A stretch of 64,000 nucleotides of DNA from a virus. Lineage: Duplodnaviria; Heunggongvirae; Uroviricota; Caudoviricetes. The notes beneath the pieces were generated by a model that made no database searches, was not told the origin of the DNA, and saw nothing but the letters and a program-made list of their open reading frames with translations. The stretch lies in IMG/VR virus record IMGVR_UViG_3300035696_000002; one strand, written 5' to 3'. The position numbers were made by a program, and so were the translations under genes. Of the stretch, positions 10,194 to 19,971 are shown in pieces (position 1 is the stretch's first letter; each line of letters opens with the position of its first letter).

Positions 10194-11334
10194 GCACGTA
10201 TTCGTCCTGACGGTCGTTCAAGGTGAGTGTGAGTACCCGGTCGCTGTGGTCACCGATCAGCAGGTTGCTGAGCAGTGGCGATCTGAGGCAAGAACTGGCA
10301 CACATAACTGGATTCCTCTGGAAGAGGATGATCTCGATACAGCACAGGGCTACGGCGGATTCACCACATTCAAACCTAAACCCAAATCCAAAAGAAACGA
10401 GCCTAGCCCGGTGACTCAGGACATGGAACGCATCCAGAAAAATCTTGAAGAGATTCAGCGGATGCAGAAACGGCGTAGCTCATGGCTGTTCGAACCGAAG
10501 GCTGCGAAGCCGCCCGTTGAGCCTACTGAAGGAGAACACCGCGAACAGTACGAGAAGTACTCCCCGCACAAGTACCGGGGGTACGCTGATGGGAACACGT
10601 GTTACGTCTGCTCCGCAAAGCGGAGTGTGCACCCGGAGACCCTTCCCCAAGAGCAAAAGCAAGAAGAACAGCCCAAGCCTCAGGTGCAACAGCAACAACC
10701 GAAAGAGGAGCCTAAGCAGCAACAGGCCCCCCAGCAGAGAACGCCGGAAGAGGAGTCGGCTCAGGCAGACTTCGATACGGAGATGGGTTTCGCCAAAAAC
10801 CTCCTCGCCGGGCAGGTGACCATCGAACAATTCCCATACTACGCCAGCTATAAATCCACAATTGATGCGGAGAGTAAACTTCTTCCGGCTGGCGGACGAG
10901 TATTATTTGTAGGTGGAGGCCCGATTCCCCTGTCGAGCATTCTGTTTGCCCAAAACGGATTCACAGTCGATACTTTGGAGTTGAACGGTGAAGCGAAACA
11001 GGTGGGTGAGCAGGTCGCCAAAGCTGTTGGTGCCCCGGTCGGCAAGTTCATGACTGGCGATGCCCGAACATTCAATGGCTACGCGGCCTACGATGGGGTT
11101 ATAATCGCATTAGAAGCCGGGCCTGAGGCCGTAAGCAAGTCTGCCGTGGTGAAGAACATCATGGCCAATGCGAAGCCGGGAACGGTCATTCTGGCTCGTG
11201 GTACGGCTGGCGGTGGTGGGGATGCTTTCGTGGATACGGCAAAAAGTCTGCCGCCCGGCGTCCGCATCACAAACGCGATCAGCACGTTTGACGGCCTGAG
11301 CAAAACTTACGCAATCGAGAAAACCAATGGTTAA
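10186..11334 (+). CDS. Unknown N-terminal region fused to nicotianamine-synthase-like SAM-dependent domain
   Basis: FPYYASY and VLFVGGGPIPLSSI match NAS motifs FPYY..Y and FIGSGPLPLT; Q/E/P-rich linker. Confidence 0.72.
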   Translation: MGKHVFVLTVVQGECEYPVAVVTDQQVAEQWRSEARTGTHNWIPLEEDDLDTAQGYGGFTTFKPKPKSKRNEPSPVTQDMERIQKNLEEIQRMQKRRSSWLFEPKAAKPPVEPTEGEHREQYEKYSPHKYRGYADGNTCYVCSAKRSVHPETLPQEQKQEEQPKPQVQQQQPKEEPKQQQAPQQRTPEEESAQADFDTEMGFAKNLLAGQVTIEQFPYYASYKSTIDAESKLLPAGGRVLFVGGGPIPLSSILFAQNGFTVDTLELNGEAKQVGEQVAKAVGAPVGKFMTGDARTFNGYAAYDGVIIALEAGPEAVSKSAVVKNIMANAKPGTVILARGTAGGGGDAFVDTAKSLPPGVRITNAISTFDGLSKTYAIEKTNG

Positions 11335-11650
11335 ACTAACGCCAAAAGCAGTAGAAAAAGTGAAAGAGATCATGGAGGCCCAAGACCCGAAGCCTGCCGC
11401 ACTGCGGCTGGGCGTCATCGGCGGAGGCTGTTCCGGCTTCTCGTACTCCATGCAGTTCGACAACGAAAAGGGCATGATGGACAAAGAGTTTGAATTCGAG
11501 GGGCTGAAGCTCCTTGTCGATGCCACGTCGATGATGTACCTCGACGGCTGCGAGGTTGACTACCTCGAAACACTGGAAGCGTCCGGGTTCAAGTTCAATA
11601 ACCCGAACGTGAAGAGCACATGTGGGTGTGGGTCAAGTTTCAATGCCTAA
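11327..11650 (+). CDS. iscA: Fe-S cluster A-type carrier (IscA/ErpA/HesB)
   Basis: GGCSGFSY ... FNNPNVKSTCGCGSSF. Confidence 0.95.
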   Translation: MVKLTPKAVEKVKEIMEAQDPKPAALRLGVIGGGCSGFSYSMQFDNEKGMMDKEFEFEGLKLLVDATSMMYLDGCEVDYLETLEASGFKFNNPNVKSTCGCGSSFNA

Positions 11651-12187
11651 CGAAGATTGGATTACCGAAGGGCACGTCATCCCGCTTGAGGTACAGGAAC
11701 AGATTGCTCGCGACCTAGCAAAGCGGGCACAGGAAGATCACATCCGCATGTTTGGTAGCTGCACGGTGCTCTGTCTGCGGCCTGAGAAAGCTGAGGAGTG
11801 ATGGAACTGACACGGGAAGAGGAGTTGTTCTACTGTTTCGCACCAGTCCTCGTGACTTTCAACGAATGGAAGCAACACCCAGAAAAGTTTTTGCTGGGCA
11901 CCGACATGGACAGGTATTTGCACGAAATGAGGCAGTATTACAAAGTGACTGTCGGCGAGTGGGACACGATCATGAAAAGGTTTGAGGAGAGATAGTATGG
12001 GCTTAAGGGATGATGACGAGCAGATTTTCCGGGATCGTGCTTTGCTGGATTGGGCACGTGAGGCTCCACGGCCTCGTGATTATGACGCAGGGCCGATGAG
12101 CGAAGAGGAATCGGCGGCTCGCGAACACGCAACACGCAAATGGCTTGAGAAGAAGCCGCGTAGACGCCGCTACGCAGACGAAGACTA

Positions 12188-12574
12188 ATGGCATACAGCG
12201 ACAAGGTTCTCGACCACTACAACAATCCCCGCAACGTCGGCTCCATGGATAAAGCGAGCCCGGACGTAGGGACAGGTCTGGTTGGAGCACCTGAATGCGG
12301 CGACGTGATGAAACTCCAGATCAAGGTTAACAAAGAAACTGGAGTGATCGAGGATGCTAAGTTCAAGACCTTTGGTTGCGGCTCCGCAATTGCCTCATCC
12401 TCGCTCGCGACTGAGTGGGTCAAGGGTAAAACGATTGATGAAGCCCTTGCGATCCAGAACATGGAGATCGTAAAGGAACTCAGCCTGCCGCCTGTCAAGA
12501 TTCACTGCTCCGTCCTCGCCGAAGACGCCATCCGTGCGGCAATCGCAGATTGGAAGAAAAAACAGAGTGTCTAA
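12188..12574 (+). CDS. iscU: Fe-S cluster scaffold IscU
   Basis: YSDKVLDHYNNPRNVG, APECGDVM, FGCGSAIAS, LPPVKIHCS. Confidence 0.97.
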   Translation: MAYSDKVLDHYNNPRNVGSMDKASPDVGTGLVGAPECGDVMKLQIKVNKETGVIEDAKFKTFGCGSAIASSSLATEWVKGKTIDEALAIQNMEIVKELSLPPVKIHCSVLAEDAIRAAIADWKKKQSV

Positions 12575-13001
12575 AGAAGACGGACGCAATTTCCACGAAT
12601 GGTTTGACGGGGTGTATACGTTCACCCAGATCGACCTCCACGCTGGCTGCAAGCATGTGCACGTGCACAAGGTTCAACTCCCCAAGTATGGACAGAAGGG
12701 CTGGTATGTTTCGATTGGGAGCCTGAGTGCCTTCGCCCACAACGGCGATCAGGAAAAACACAAGGGCTGTTGGTCGCCGGATTACCTGTACGTGTGCAAA
12801 CGGTCGTATGAGTTCGAGGATGAGTGCCAAAACCTCAGTTCTCGCTGGCCCGATCTCGATGATCGCAAACTCCCGGTGACTGAACACGCAAGCCTCTGGG
12901 ATTTCTACAAGGCAGTCGGCTACGACTACAAGCGGAAGAAATGGCTTAATACTGACGCCAAGGCACCAAAACAAAAGTCCTTGAAATCTGCAAAAAAGTA
13001 G
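12567..13001 (+). CDS. Hypothetical protein
   Basis: GTG start overlapping the iscU end. Confidence 0.55.
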   Translation: MSKEDGRNFHEWFDGVYTFTQIDLHAGCKHVHVHKVQLPKYGQKGWYVSIGSLSAFAHNGDQEKHKGCWSPDYLYVCKRSYEFEDECQNLSSRWPDLDDRKLPVTEHASLWDFYKAVGYDYKRKKWLNTDAKAPKQKSLKSAKK

Positions 13002-13048
13002 TATTGTTCCCTATGTAGGGCGACATTTCGCCCGAGAATAGGAGCAAT

Positions 13049-13504
13049 ATGAAACTACCCCGTAACAAACCACTGAAACCAGCACCTTGGAAGGATAGCC
13101 ACGACTACGAGAAGTATCCCGGTCGTCGCCCCTGCCCGCATCCTGACTGCCCCATCCCGTTCCGCGATCCGTGGCGGGAGTCGCAGTGCGTCCTCAACAA
13201 GCCCATTGGGATTTACATCCCACCGGGTGAGCACATTCACTTGGAGTGCCCGGTGCATCCGGGAGGCCACGTCATGTACGGCTCACCGATCACATTCATG
13301 GAAGTGCCGATGGAGAAACGTGAGAACAACTTGCCCGACCCCAGCTACAAGCTGACGGCCTTGGGCGGGGACATCCTCGACTCCAGCAAGCCCTTCTGCG
13401 ACTTTGATTCGAGCCGCCAGTTCGTGGACTACGACGCCTCCAGCAAGACGCATTTCGTCGATTACGATGCCAGTAAGCCGTTCGGCAGAACTACCATCGG
13501 ATAA
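13049..13504 (+). CDS. Hypothetical Pro/Cys/His-rich protein with C-terminal short repeats
   Basis: AGGAG SD; repeats ILDSSKP / FCDFDSSRQ / FVDYDASSKTH / FVDYDASKPF. Confidence 0.6.
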   Translation: MKLPRNKPLKPAPWKDSHDYEKYPGRRPCPHPDCPIPFRDPWRESQCVLNKPIGIYIPPGEHIHLECPVHPGGHVMYGSPITFMEVPMEKRENNLPDPSYKLTALGGDILDSSKPFCDFDSSRQFVDYDASSKTHFVDYDASKPFGRTTIG

Positions 13505-13534
13505 TCTTCTTTTCTCACAAATCTTGGTATTAAG

Positions 13535-13564
13535 AAGGGTGCGGCTGAGGCTGCACCCTTTTTT
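13535..13564 (+). terminator. Intrinsic terminator-like hairpin
   Basis: AAGGGTGCGGC-TGAG-GCTGCACCCTT followed by T run. Confidence 0.75.
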
Positions 13565-14125
13565 ATGCGATTTCCCTACAACAACGTACTGACCATCAAG
13601 CAGCAGTATAAATCAGGCAAGATCACACGCGAGGAAGCGAAGGAACAACTCGCTTACGTTCTCGACATAGAAGACGACGGTTGTGCGGACGCCCGCACGG
13701 AGCACGAGAAGACTCAGCCACTTGAATGGCTGAACCACGGCCCGCTGCTCATGCTGTCTGACGTGTGTGCCACGCTCCGCATGTGGGCCTCGATTCGCTC
13801 TACTCCCCTCGATACCGACTCAGATTACAAGATTAAAGAACGCGAAGAATTCGGTGAGACATGGCGTTCGCTCGACCTTGCGATTCGAAAGAGCAACTTT
13901 CTCGCCCGGCTATTTTTCACTGAAGAGGGTGTTCGCACTGTTCCGTGCCCCGACCACAAAGGGCAGTGGAGCGGCTGTTTCAGTGAATGCCACGTGCCGG
14001 GCAAAGAACACGGCCCCTGCCCCTGTCAGCATCAAGGCAACGTCACAGGTTGGCTGGCGACTGATCCGAAGCACGCCGATCTCACTTACTGGGATCAAGA
14101 AACTAAGGGGTACAAGCAGCCGTAA
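13565..14125 (+). CDS. Hypothetical Cys/His-rich protein
   Basis: CPDHKGQWSGC..ECH..CPC; coupled to thyX. Confidence 0.6.
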   Translation: MRFPYNNVLTIKQQYKSGKITREEAKEQLAYVLDIEDDGCADARTEHEKTQPLEWLNHGPLLMLSDVCATLRMWASIRSTPLDTDSDYKIKEREEFGETWRSLDLAIRKSNFLARLFFTEEGVRTVPCPDHKGQWSGCFSECHVPGKEHGPCPCQHQGNVTGWLATDPKHADLTYWDQETKGYKQP

Positions 14126-15033
14126 TGGATATCAACTCCAAGCTGGTTCTCGCAAGCAAGAACATGTACACAGGCATGATCCTGTACACGTTTGTGCTCA
14201 CCTATCCCCGCGTGATTCTCGCGGAAGTCAACACGCACCGAATGCTCAGCCGCAATACTGCCTCTTCGCGTGCCATCCCCGCCAAGAAACAGCGGGAGCG
14301 GGTGCTCCTCAATCCTTTCGTGCCCGTCACCATCGGTGCAAATCAGAAAGGCATGCAGGCCGGAGAAGAACTCACGGGTTGGCGGCATTTCGTTGCCGTC
14401 CAGACATGGAAGCTCGCCCGGTATCCGATGGTCGGAGCCTCATGGATTCTCGATAAAGTCGGAGCCCACAAACAGGTTGTAAACCGCATCGTGGAGCCGT
14501 GGACGTTCACGCAACAAGTTGTGACGTGCACCGACTTGAAGAATGTGTTCAAGCTTCGCGATCACAAAGACGCGGAGCCCCATTTCCAGATCATTGCGAA
14601 ACAGATGCACAAACAGGTTGAGCGAGTTGAAGCCCTGTTTGGTGCTCTCGACTTCATCAAGGGCGATCAACATGACCGTTCCATTGGGCCGATTGATCCG
14701 TTCAACAACATCGAACGAATGCAGGGCCTCTACGAAGGCGAATGGCACATGCCGTTCCTCGACGAGAAGGAAGCGAGATCGCTGGACATCGAATCAGCGA
14801 AACAGGTCAGCACGGCCCGCTGTGCTCGCGTCAGCTACTTCCTGCCGGAGAGTGGTGCACGTTCAGATTTGAAACGAGATTTGGAACTGTGTCAGAGGCT
14901 TTCGTCCTCCGGGCACTGGAGTCCATTTGAACATGTGGCAACACCTGTTCACGAGAACGACTACGTCGGAAATTTCCGGTCGTGGAAACAGTACAGGAAA
15001 GAATTCGCCAGCGAGGCTGGCGGGGATAGGTAA
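14125..15033 (+). CDS. thyX: Flavin-dependent thymidylate synthase
   Basis: AEVNTHRMLSRNTASSRAIP, HKQVVNR, LRDHKDAEP, ARCARVSY, HWSPFEH. Confidence 0.9.
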   Translation: MDINSKLVLASKNMYTGMILYTFVLTYPRVILAEVNTHRMLSRNTASSRAIPAKKQRERVLLNPFVPVTIGANQKGMQAGEELTGWRHFVAVQTWKLARYPMVGASWILDKVGAHKQVVNRIVEPWTFTQQVVTCTDLKNVFKLRDHKDAEPHFQIIAKQMHKQVERVEALFGALDFIKGDQHDRSIGPIDPFNNIERMQGLYEGEWHMPFLDEKEARSLDIESAKQVSTARCARVSYFLPESGARSDLKRDLELCQRLSSSGHWSPFEHVATPVHENDYVGNFRSWKQYRKEFASEAGGDR

Positions 15034-15036
15034 CTT

Positions 15037-15537
15037 ATGACGGTATTTACATACGAAGAACTCGTTAAAGCACAGACAGAGGCCCGACTGGCAAGAATGA
15101 AGAAGTGGGATGACCGCTATCTTGAATTGGCCAAGTTCGTTGCTCAGTGGAGCAAAGACCCCAGCACGAAAACTGGGGCGGTACTGGTTTCGCCGACAGG
15201 CTCAGTGGTGGGTCTCGGCTACAACGGGTTTCCACGCGGTGTGGAAGACACCGATGAACGCCTGAATGATCGCGAACTGAAGTATAAGATGGTCGTGCAC
15301 TGCGAACGCAATGCCATGATCTCGGCTCTGGGAAACACCGGGCTTTACGGCTCTACGCTTTACACGTGGCCGTTCATGTCCTGCGGCCCCTGTGCTGGCA
15401 TGATGATTCAGGCTGGCGTCAAGCGGTGTGTGGCTCCCCGAAACGACAATCCCCGCTGGCAGGCTGACTTCGCTATTGCGATTCAGATGTTCAAAGAGGC
15501 CGGGGTAGTGATGGACTTCACGGAACCCGTGGTATAA
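15037..15537 (+). CDS. dCMP deaminase
   Basis: SKDPSTKTGA, GYNGFPRG, HCERNA, SCGPCA. Confidence 0.93.
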   Translation: MTVFTYEELVKAQTEARLARMKKWDDRYLELAKFVAQWSKDPSTKTGAVLVSPTGSVVGLGYNGFPRGVEDTDERLNDRELKYKMVVHCERNAMISALGNTGLYGSTLYTWPFMSCGPCAGMMIQAGVKRCVAPRNDNPRWQADFAIAIQMFKEAGVVMDFTEPVV

Positions 15538-15544
15538 TCGGTCT
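15530..15544 (+). promoter_or_regulatory. Extended -10 promoter, probably leaderless transcript
   Basis: TGG-TATAAT (15533-15538) 6 nt before ATG 15545. Confidence 0.6.
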
Positions 15545-16066
15545 ATGGCAGATTCCGTAGCAACGCTTAAATTCGCGAAGAAGACGAAGCTGGAACTCGA
15601 ATTCGAAGCTGCTGCAAGGAAGCAGAAGCGGGACGAGGAGCGGGCTGAGAAGGCCGAAAATCTTCGTCAGAAACGTGCTGCGGCTGCCAAGGCCCGAACC
15701 TTCCGGGTTCAAGTGAAGGAACTGCTTTCAGTGTTCCGCAAGAAAACGCCGATCAAAATCACTGAAGGCTCGGCTGGGTTCACCTTTCTTGGGGTTCCCT
15801 ATCACATCGTCTACGATCATTGGACTCTCGGTGGAAACACATCGGACGTTGACGACTACGAGACGAAGCACGAAGGCTGGGTGATCTACCCGGATAAGGA
15901 CTGGTCTAGCCGCCACACGTTGTACGAGGTAGAGAAGTATGCAACACCGCCACGACTGAAGCCCTCCCCGGAAGCTTTCTCGCGTGCGATAGTCGCCGCG
16001 TTGAAAGAATTCGATAGCACCATCAAATGGCGTGAAAGGAATTTCGGGAACAGATATCCCTACTAA
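15545..16066 (+). CDS. Hypothetical protein
   Basis: 173 aa ORF after promoter. Confidence 0.65.
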   Translation: MADSVATLKFAKKTKLELEFEAAARKQKRDEERAEKAENLRQKRAAAAKARTFRVQVKELLSVFRKKTPIKITEGSAGFTFLGVPYHIVYDHWTLGGNTSDVDDYETKHEGWVIYPDKDWSSRHTLYEVEKYATPPRLKPSPEAFSRAIVAALKEFDSTIKWRERNFGNRYPY

Positions 16067-16071
16067 AATCT

Positions 16072-17106
16072 ATGCCACGTAAAGAAGACAAGAAACGCCC
16101 GTACCGGGTAGATTACATCAGACGCAATGAAGTGAAAGGTCGCAAAGCTTTCGTACATTCTGTCATCATCCGCACAACCACCGCAGTTGACGCCAAGCTC
16201 TTACTCATCGCCGAGGCCAAACTTTACGAAAACGACGACATCGAAATCATCCGCTCTCGCCGCTACTACAAGAAACTTGGCAAGACTCCGGTCGAGGCTT
16301 CCCTCAGCAGACTGTTTGGGCCGAAGCGTACTGCTTCCATTTTGCGGGACATTGAGCGGGACAAAAATCGTGCCAGTGCGACGCCGGGCTATGACAGCCT
16401 CGACGACGATAAGTCCCAAGCGGGAACCACAGTGACCGCCGATGAAATCTCAGGAAAGAATGCCCTTGAGAAGGCTCTCAAGGATTACCGCAAGCAATAT
16501 GAAGCTGGGCTGACTGTTGGAGGCCCCAGCCCAACCTCGGATGTCGCGGAATACCACACAACCCAGAAGCCGCCCGTGACTCTCCCAGAACACAGCGGGG
16601 CGGTTTTGAAACAGACATTCTCATTCTCGGCCCCGCAGCCGGATACAGTCCGTGGCCTCGGATTTCCCGATCACCCCGTGGTGCCAACTAAGGACGCAGT
16701 TTTCGATCACCAGATCGACCTTGACAAAGCAGCCCCGATTCTCCACCCGGCCCCCGAGGAGCCCAAGGTCATCGACCCCGGCCCTAACTGCTGGTCTGGT
16801 GGGTTGAAAATTCCAATGCCGACTGGGGCAGCCGTACCGCCTGTCGATCCGACGACATTGCCTCCGAGTCACCCGGATCATGTTTGTAGCGATGCCTGCT
16901 ACGATATCGTTCCACTGGACGACAAGCTGCTGGAGATACCGCCCGACATTCAAAACATCGTCACTACACCGTTCCCGGTGGGGATGCCGACCGAAGTGAA
17001 GGTCGAACGGCAGCCGTACCGCCCACCGTTTCTCGTGGTCATCATCGGTATCCTGCTCTTCATCTTCGCCATGTGCGAGTTGCTGAGTTTTCTCAGCCAT
17101 CACTAA
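16072..17106 (+). CDS. Hypothetical protein, Pro-rich, with C-terminal membrane anchor
   Basis: 344 aa; terminal FLVVIIGILLFIFAMC. Confidence 0.7.
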   Translation: MPRKEDKKRPYRVDYIRRNEVKGRKAFVHSVIIRTTTAVDAKLLLIAEAKLYENDDIEIIRSRRYYKKLGKTPVEASLSRLFGPKRTASILRDIERDKNRASATPGYDSLDDDKSQAGTTVTADEISGKNALEKALKDYRKQYEAGLTVGGPSPTSDVAEYHTTQKPPVTLPEHSGAVLKQTFSFSAPQPDTVRGLGFPDHPVVPTKDAVFDHQIDLDKAAPILHPAPEEPKVIDPGPNCWSGGLKIPMPTGAAVPPVDPTTLPPSHPDHVCSDACYDIVPLDDKLLEIPPDIQNIVTTPFPVGMPTEVKVERQPYRPPFLVVIIGILLFIFAMCELLSFLSHH

Positions 17107-17160
17107 TCGTTAGCCAACACCTACAACAACTTCCCCTCCCTCAATATGAGGGAGTTTGGG

Positions 17161-17727
17161 ATGGGCAAGAGCACCTTTTTCATCGTCGAAGCGAGCCATC
17201 TTTTCAGGGCCGGGGATAAGCATCAATGCCAGTTTTTTGTCATGGATGTAGTCAATTTCCTCCACACCTTGTACCCTGACACCGACGCAAAAGTCATCGT
17301 TCTCCATGGTTCCGTTAAAAACGAACAGGCCGACCGCTACGCGGCTGCTCTGGAGCGTTTTGGGGCCAAGGTGATTCGCATGAAGCCCATCGCCTCAGTG
17401 GTGGGGCCGGATAAGGTCTACTACAAGCCGACATGGTATCTTCACGGCATGATGGGACAGGAAATCCCCAAGGGCAGCGATGTTGTTTTGATCGGATTCC
17501 ACAACCCCCGGTATCGGACGTTCCTCCAGAAATACTCTGCTGACTTCAGTCTCAGTATGGCCGCGTTCACTACGCCAAGCCGGAAGCAGGGCTGGATGTC
17601 GATCCCAGAAGATTTCAAACCCTTCCTCAAAAGAATTATCGGCCTCGACGAACATGTTGCCGACATTCAAGCACAGTTCAAGCAAAAACGCAGTACTAAA
17701 GGTAAGAGAGCGGCCAACCCGGCCTAA
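17161..17727 (+). CDS. Hypothetical alpha/beta protein (possibly degenerate NYN/PIN fold)
   Basis: N-terminal FFIVEASHL strand, alternating alpha/beta pattern; catalytic Asp residues not evident. Confidence 0.45.
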   Translation: MGKSTFFIVEASHLFRAGDKHQCQFFVMDVVNFLHTLYPDTDAKVIVLHGSVKNEQADRYAAALERFGAKVIRMKPIASVVGPDKVYYKPTWYLHGMMGQEIPKGSDVVLIGFHNPRYRTFLQKYSADFSLSMAAFTTPSRKQGWMSIPEDFKPFLKRIIGLDEHVADIQAQFKQKRSTKGKRAANPA

Positions 17728-17824
17728 AGCCTCGTCAGGGAGTAGTGCCCCCTCAACGATTTGTACTGGCCATCGTTGAGAGAGGATGCAACCGGGCGGG
17801 CCGCAAACTCTTACTGGAGGATAC

Positions 17825-18211
17825 ATGCGAAGAGCAGAACTGCTGAATCAAGAACCCACCCTAAACAATTACCAGAACCTAGCCCTGAACACCGCCGTCT
17901 ACAAAGGGCAGGGCACTTTCCAAGGACTCTGCTACTGTCTTTTCAAGTTGGCAGGCGAGGCCGGGGAAGTCAACGAGAAAATGGGCAAGCTTCTCCGGGA
18001 CAACTCAGTTGAATGGGACTCAGACCCGAAGTCGTGGCCGGATGAAATTCACGAGGCGTTCGTTAAAGAACTTGGCGACGTACTGTGGTATATCGGCGGC
18101 GTAGCGAAGGAGCTTGGTTTCACCATGCAACACGTTGGTGAGGTCAATCTGGAGAAACTGGAATCCCGGCAGGAACGAGGGAAAATTCACGGAAGCGGCG
18201 ACAACAGGTAA
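17825..18211 (+). CDS. MazG-like NTP pyrophosphohydrolase
   Basis: YQNLALNT, LAGEAGEV, KELGDVLWY, NLEKL..R..RGKIHGSGDNR; GGAGG SD. Confidence 0.9.
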   Translation: MRRAELLNQEPTLNNYQNLALNTAVYKGQGTFQGLCYCLFKLAGEAGEVNEKMGKLLRDNSVEWDSDPKSWPDEIHEAFVKELGDVLWYIGGVAKELGFTMQHVGEVNLEKLESRQERGKIHGSGDNR

Positions 18212-18381
18212 TGGCGGAGTACCACACTTGCGAGCATTACGTCGAACGGAGCGACGGCAAGGTGGAAGTTTGCGAGGCCGTCGCTCACCTGCTTGATCCG
18301 TACTTTCTGGATGTTCATGGCATCACTCGTTGGTTGTGTGCGGCGTGCTATGATTGGGTTTGTAAGAATCGTGAGTGGTAA
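18211..18381 (+). CDS. Small Zn-finger-like protein (56 aa)
   Basis: TCEH..VCEAVA..WLCAACYD; TAATG coupling; not in ORF track. Confidence 0.55.
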   Translation: MAEYHTCEHYVERSDGKVEVCEAVAHLLDPYFLDVHGITRWLCAACYDWVCKNREW

Positions 18382-18385
18382 ACGT

Positions 18386-18730
18386 ATGGCAAAGGAAAAG
18401 AAATTACTGTTCAGTCTGACCAAGAAGGATTTCGAGATTCAGACTTTCTGCACTGGCGGCAAAGGCGGGCAGAAACAAAACTCGACGAATTCTGGTGTTC
18501 GGATTATTCACCCGGCTTCGGGTGCCCGAGGAGAGGGCCGCGAGGAGAGGCACCAGTATGCCAACAAGGCGAGAGCCTTTGAGCGGCTGGTCGCCAGCAA
18601 GGAATTCAAGAAGTGGCACAAGGCCGAGGTCGCCCGGCGTCTGGGACAGGATGCGGAGTTGAAGCGGCGGGTCAACGAAGCGGTCGATCAGGCCATGATG
18701 GACAAGAACCTCAAGATTGAGGTATCCTAA
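18386..18730 (+). CDS. RF-1 domain peptidyl-tRNA hydrolase (ArfB/YaeJ-like ribosome rescue factor)
   Basis: GGKGGQKQNSTNSGVRIIH..SG..ERHQYANKARAFERL (GGQ motif). Confidence 0.88.
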   Translation: MAKEKKLLFSLTKKDFEIQTFCTGGKGGQKQNSTNSGVRIIHPASGARGEGREERHQYANKARAFERLVASKEFKKWHKAEVARRLGQDAELKRRVNEAVDQAMMDKNLKIEVS

Positions 18731-18733
18731 GGC

Positions 18734-19087
18734 ATGAGCATGCACTTTCTGGATAAGCGGGAGAACGCCGTGCTGGCGGAAATGGCTGCCCGGCAGGAAC
18801 GGTCTGAAAAGGCCGTCATGCGAAGTGCTCTCCGCATCTACCAGCTTGTGGACAAGTACCAGCGAGAGGGCATGACGCTGGGGTTCCTCGACGATCAGGG
18901 AGATTTCTTTGATCCGTTCGATCACGACCTGCCTAAAATGGCACCCGTGCCCTATGGCGACTCAGAACTCGATCCTGACGCTTACGAAACACCAAACACC
19001 ACCGAGGCAGAGGATGAGGCAGCACTCAACGCCCTCCAAAACTTCATCAATGAGGGAGGCCCTGATGGGCAAGGCAACAGAAGTTAA
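18734..19087 (+). CDS. Ribbon-helix-helix-like DNA-binding protein
   Basis: LAEMAARQERSEKAVMRSALRIY CopG-like pattern. Confidence 0.55.
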   Translation: MSMHFLDKRENAVLAEMAARQERSEKAVMRSALRIYQLVDKYQREGMTLGFLDDQGDFFDPFDHDLPKMAPVPYGDSELDPDAYETPNTTEAEDEAALNALQNFINEGGPDGQGNRS

Positions 19088-19302
19088 GATCACGTCAAAG
19101 ATTCTGGAGCGTCTGGCCTCCGGCAAGACGGTCGTTGTCCGCCTGCCGAAGGACGCCGATACTCTCACCATCATCCTCGACCGGGAAGATGATTTTTCCC
19201 ATTTTGATCGGGTTTTTAGCAAGCTCTGGAAGTCCGTCCTCAAGAAAATCGAAAAGGCCGTCGCATAACTTGGTTTCGCGTCTCTCTTAGAGAGGGCGAA
19301 CC

Positions 19303-19971
19303 ATGCCGCAGCAGTACTACATCGACGTTACAGAACAGGAGTTGCACGCACTCCGCGAGGCCCTGCCCATCCTTGAACGGATTCAGGTTGGTGCCCTTTC
19401 TGATCGCCTCGAAGTGTATCTCTACGGCGTGACAAAGAGCCCGGCAATTCTTGACGCGGCCAAAGAAGCCATTGCCAAAACCTACTACGATGCCCCCGAA
19501 GAAATCGACGAATCGGATGTAGAACTCACCGAGATTGCCCTTGCAGTTCCCCTGTCCTCCGACACGCTGTACTATCTGACGGGCTCAGGACTCAAACTGC
19601 GGAAGGGCGAATTCGCTTACAAGGTTCAAGAAGGCGGCGGAGTTAAGGATGGCAATTTACTCTACGCCGATTTCAAGCCACAAGTCAGCATTCACGATTT
19701 TTCCCACATCGGAATTTCCAATTCGGATCAACACGCTAACGAATTTCTGAGCAAGCACAGCACTGCACCCGGTGCCCAGATCAAGAAAAATATCCGTCGT
19801 ACTGAGGAAGCGACACAGCCCGGTGCACCCGCACCAGCCCCACCTAAGCCGAAGGCTCAGCCCGCACAGGCAGCCCCGGCCCCAGCAGCCCCCGCTGCCC
19901 CCCAGCCCAAGCAAACGTCAGTCCATGGTGCTGTGAAGCTACGCGATCTGCTGGAGGATTTCCTTGGCTAA
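19303..19971 (+). CDS. Hypothetical protein with Pro/Ala-rich tail
   Basis: 222 aa; SD within an upstream hairpin. Confidence 0.65.
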   Translation: MPQQYYIDVTEQELHALREALPILERIQVGALSDRLEVYLYGVTKSPAILDAAKEAIAKTYYDAPEEIDESDVELTEIALAVPLSSDTLYYLTGSGLKLRKGEFAYKVQEGGGVKDGNLLYADFKPQVSIHDFSHIGISNSDQHANEFLSKHSTAPGAQIKKNIRRTEEATQPGAPAPAPPKPKAQPAQAAPAPAAPAAPQPKQTSVHGAVKLRDLLEDFLG

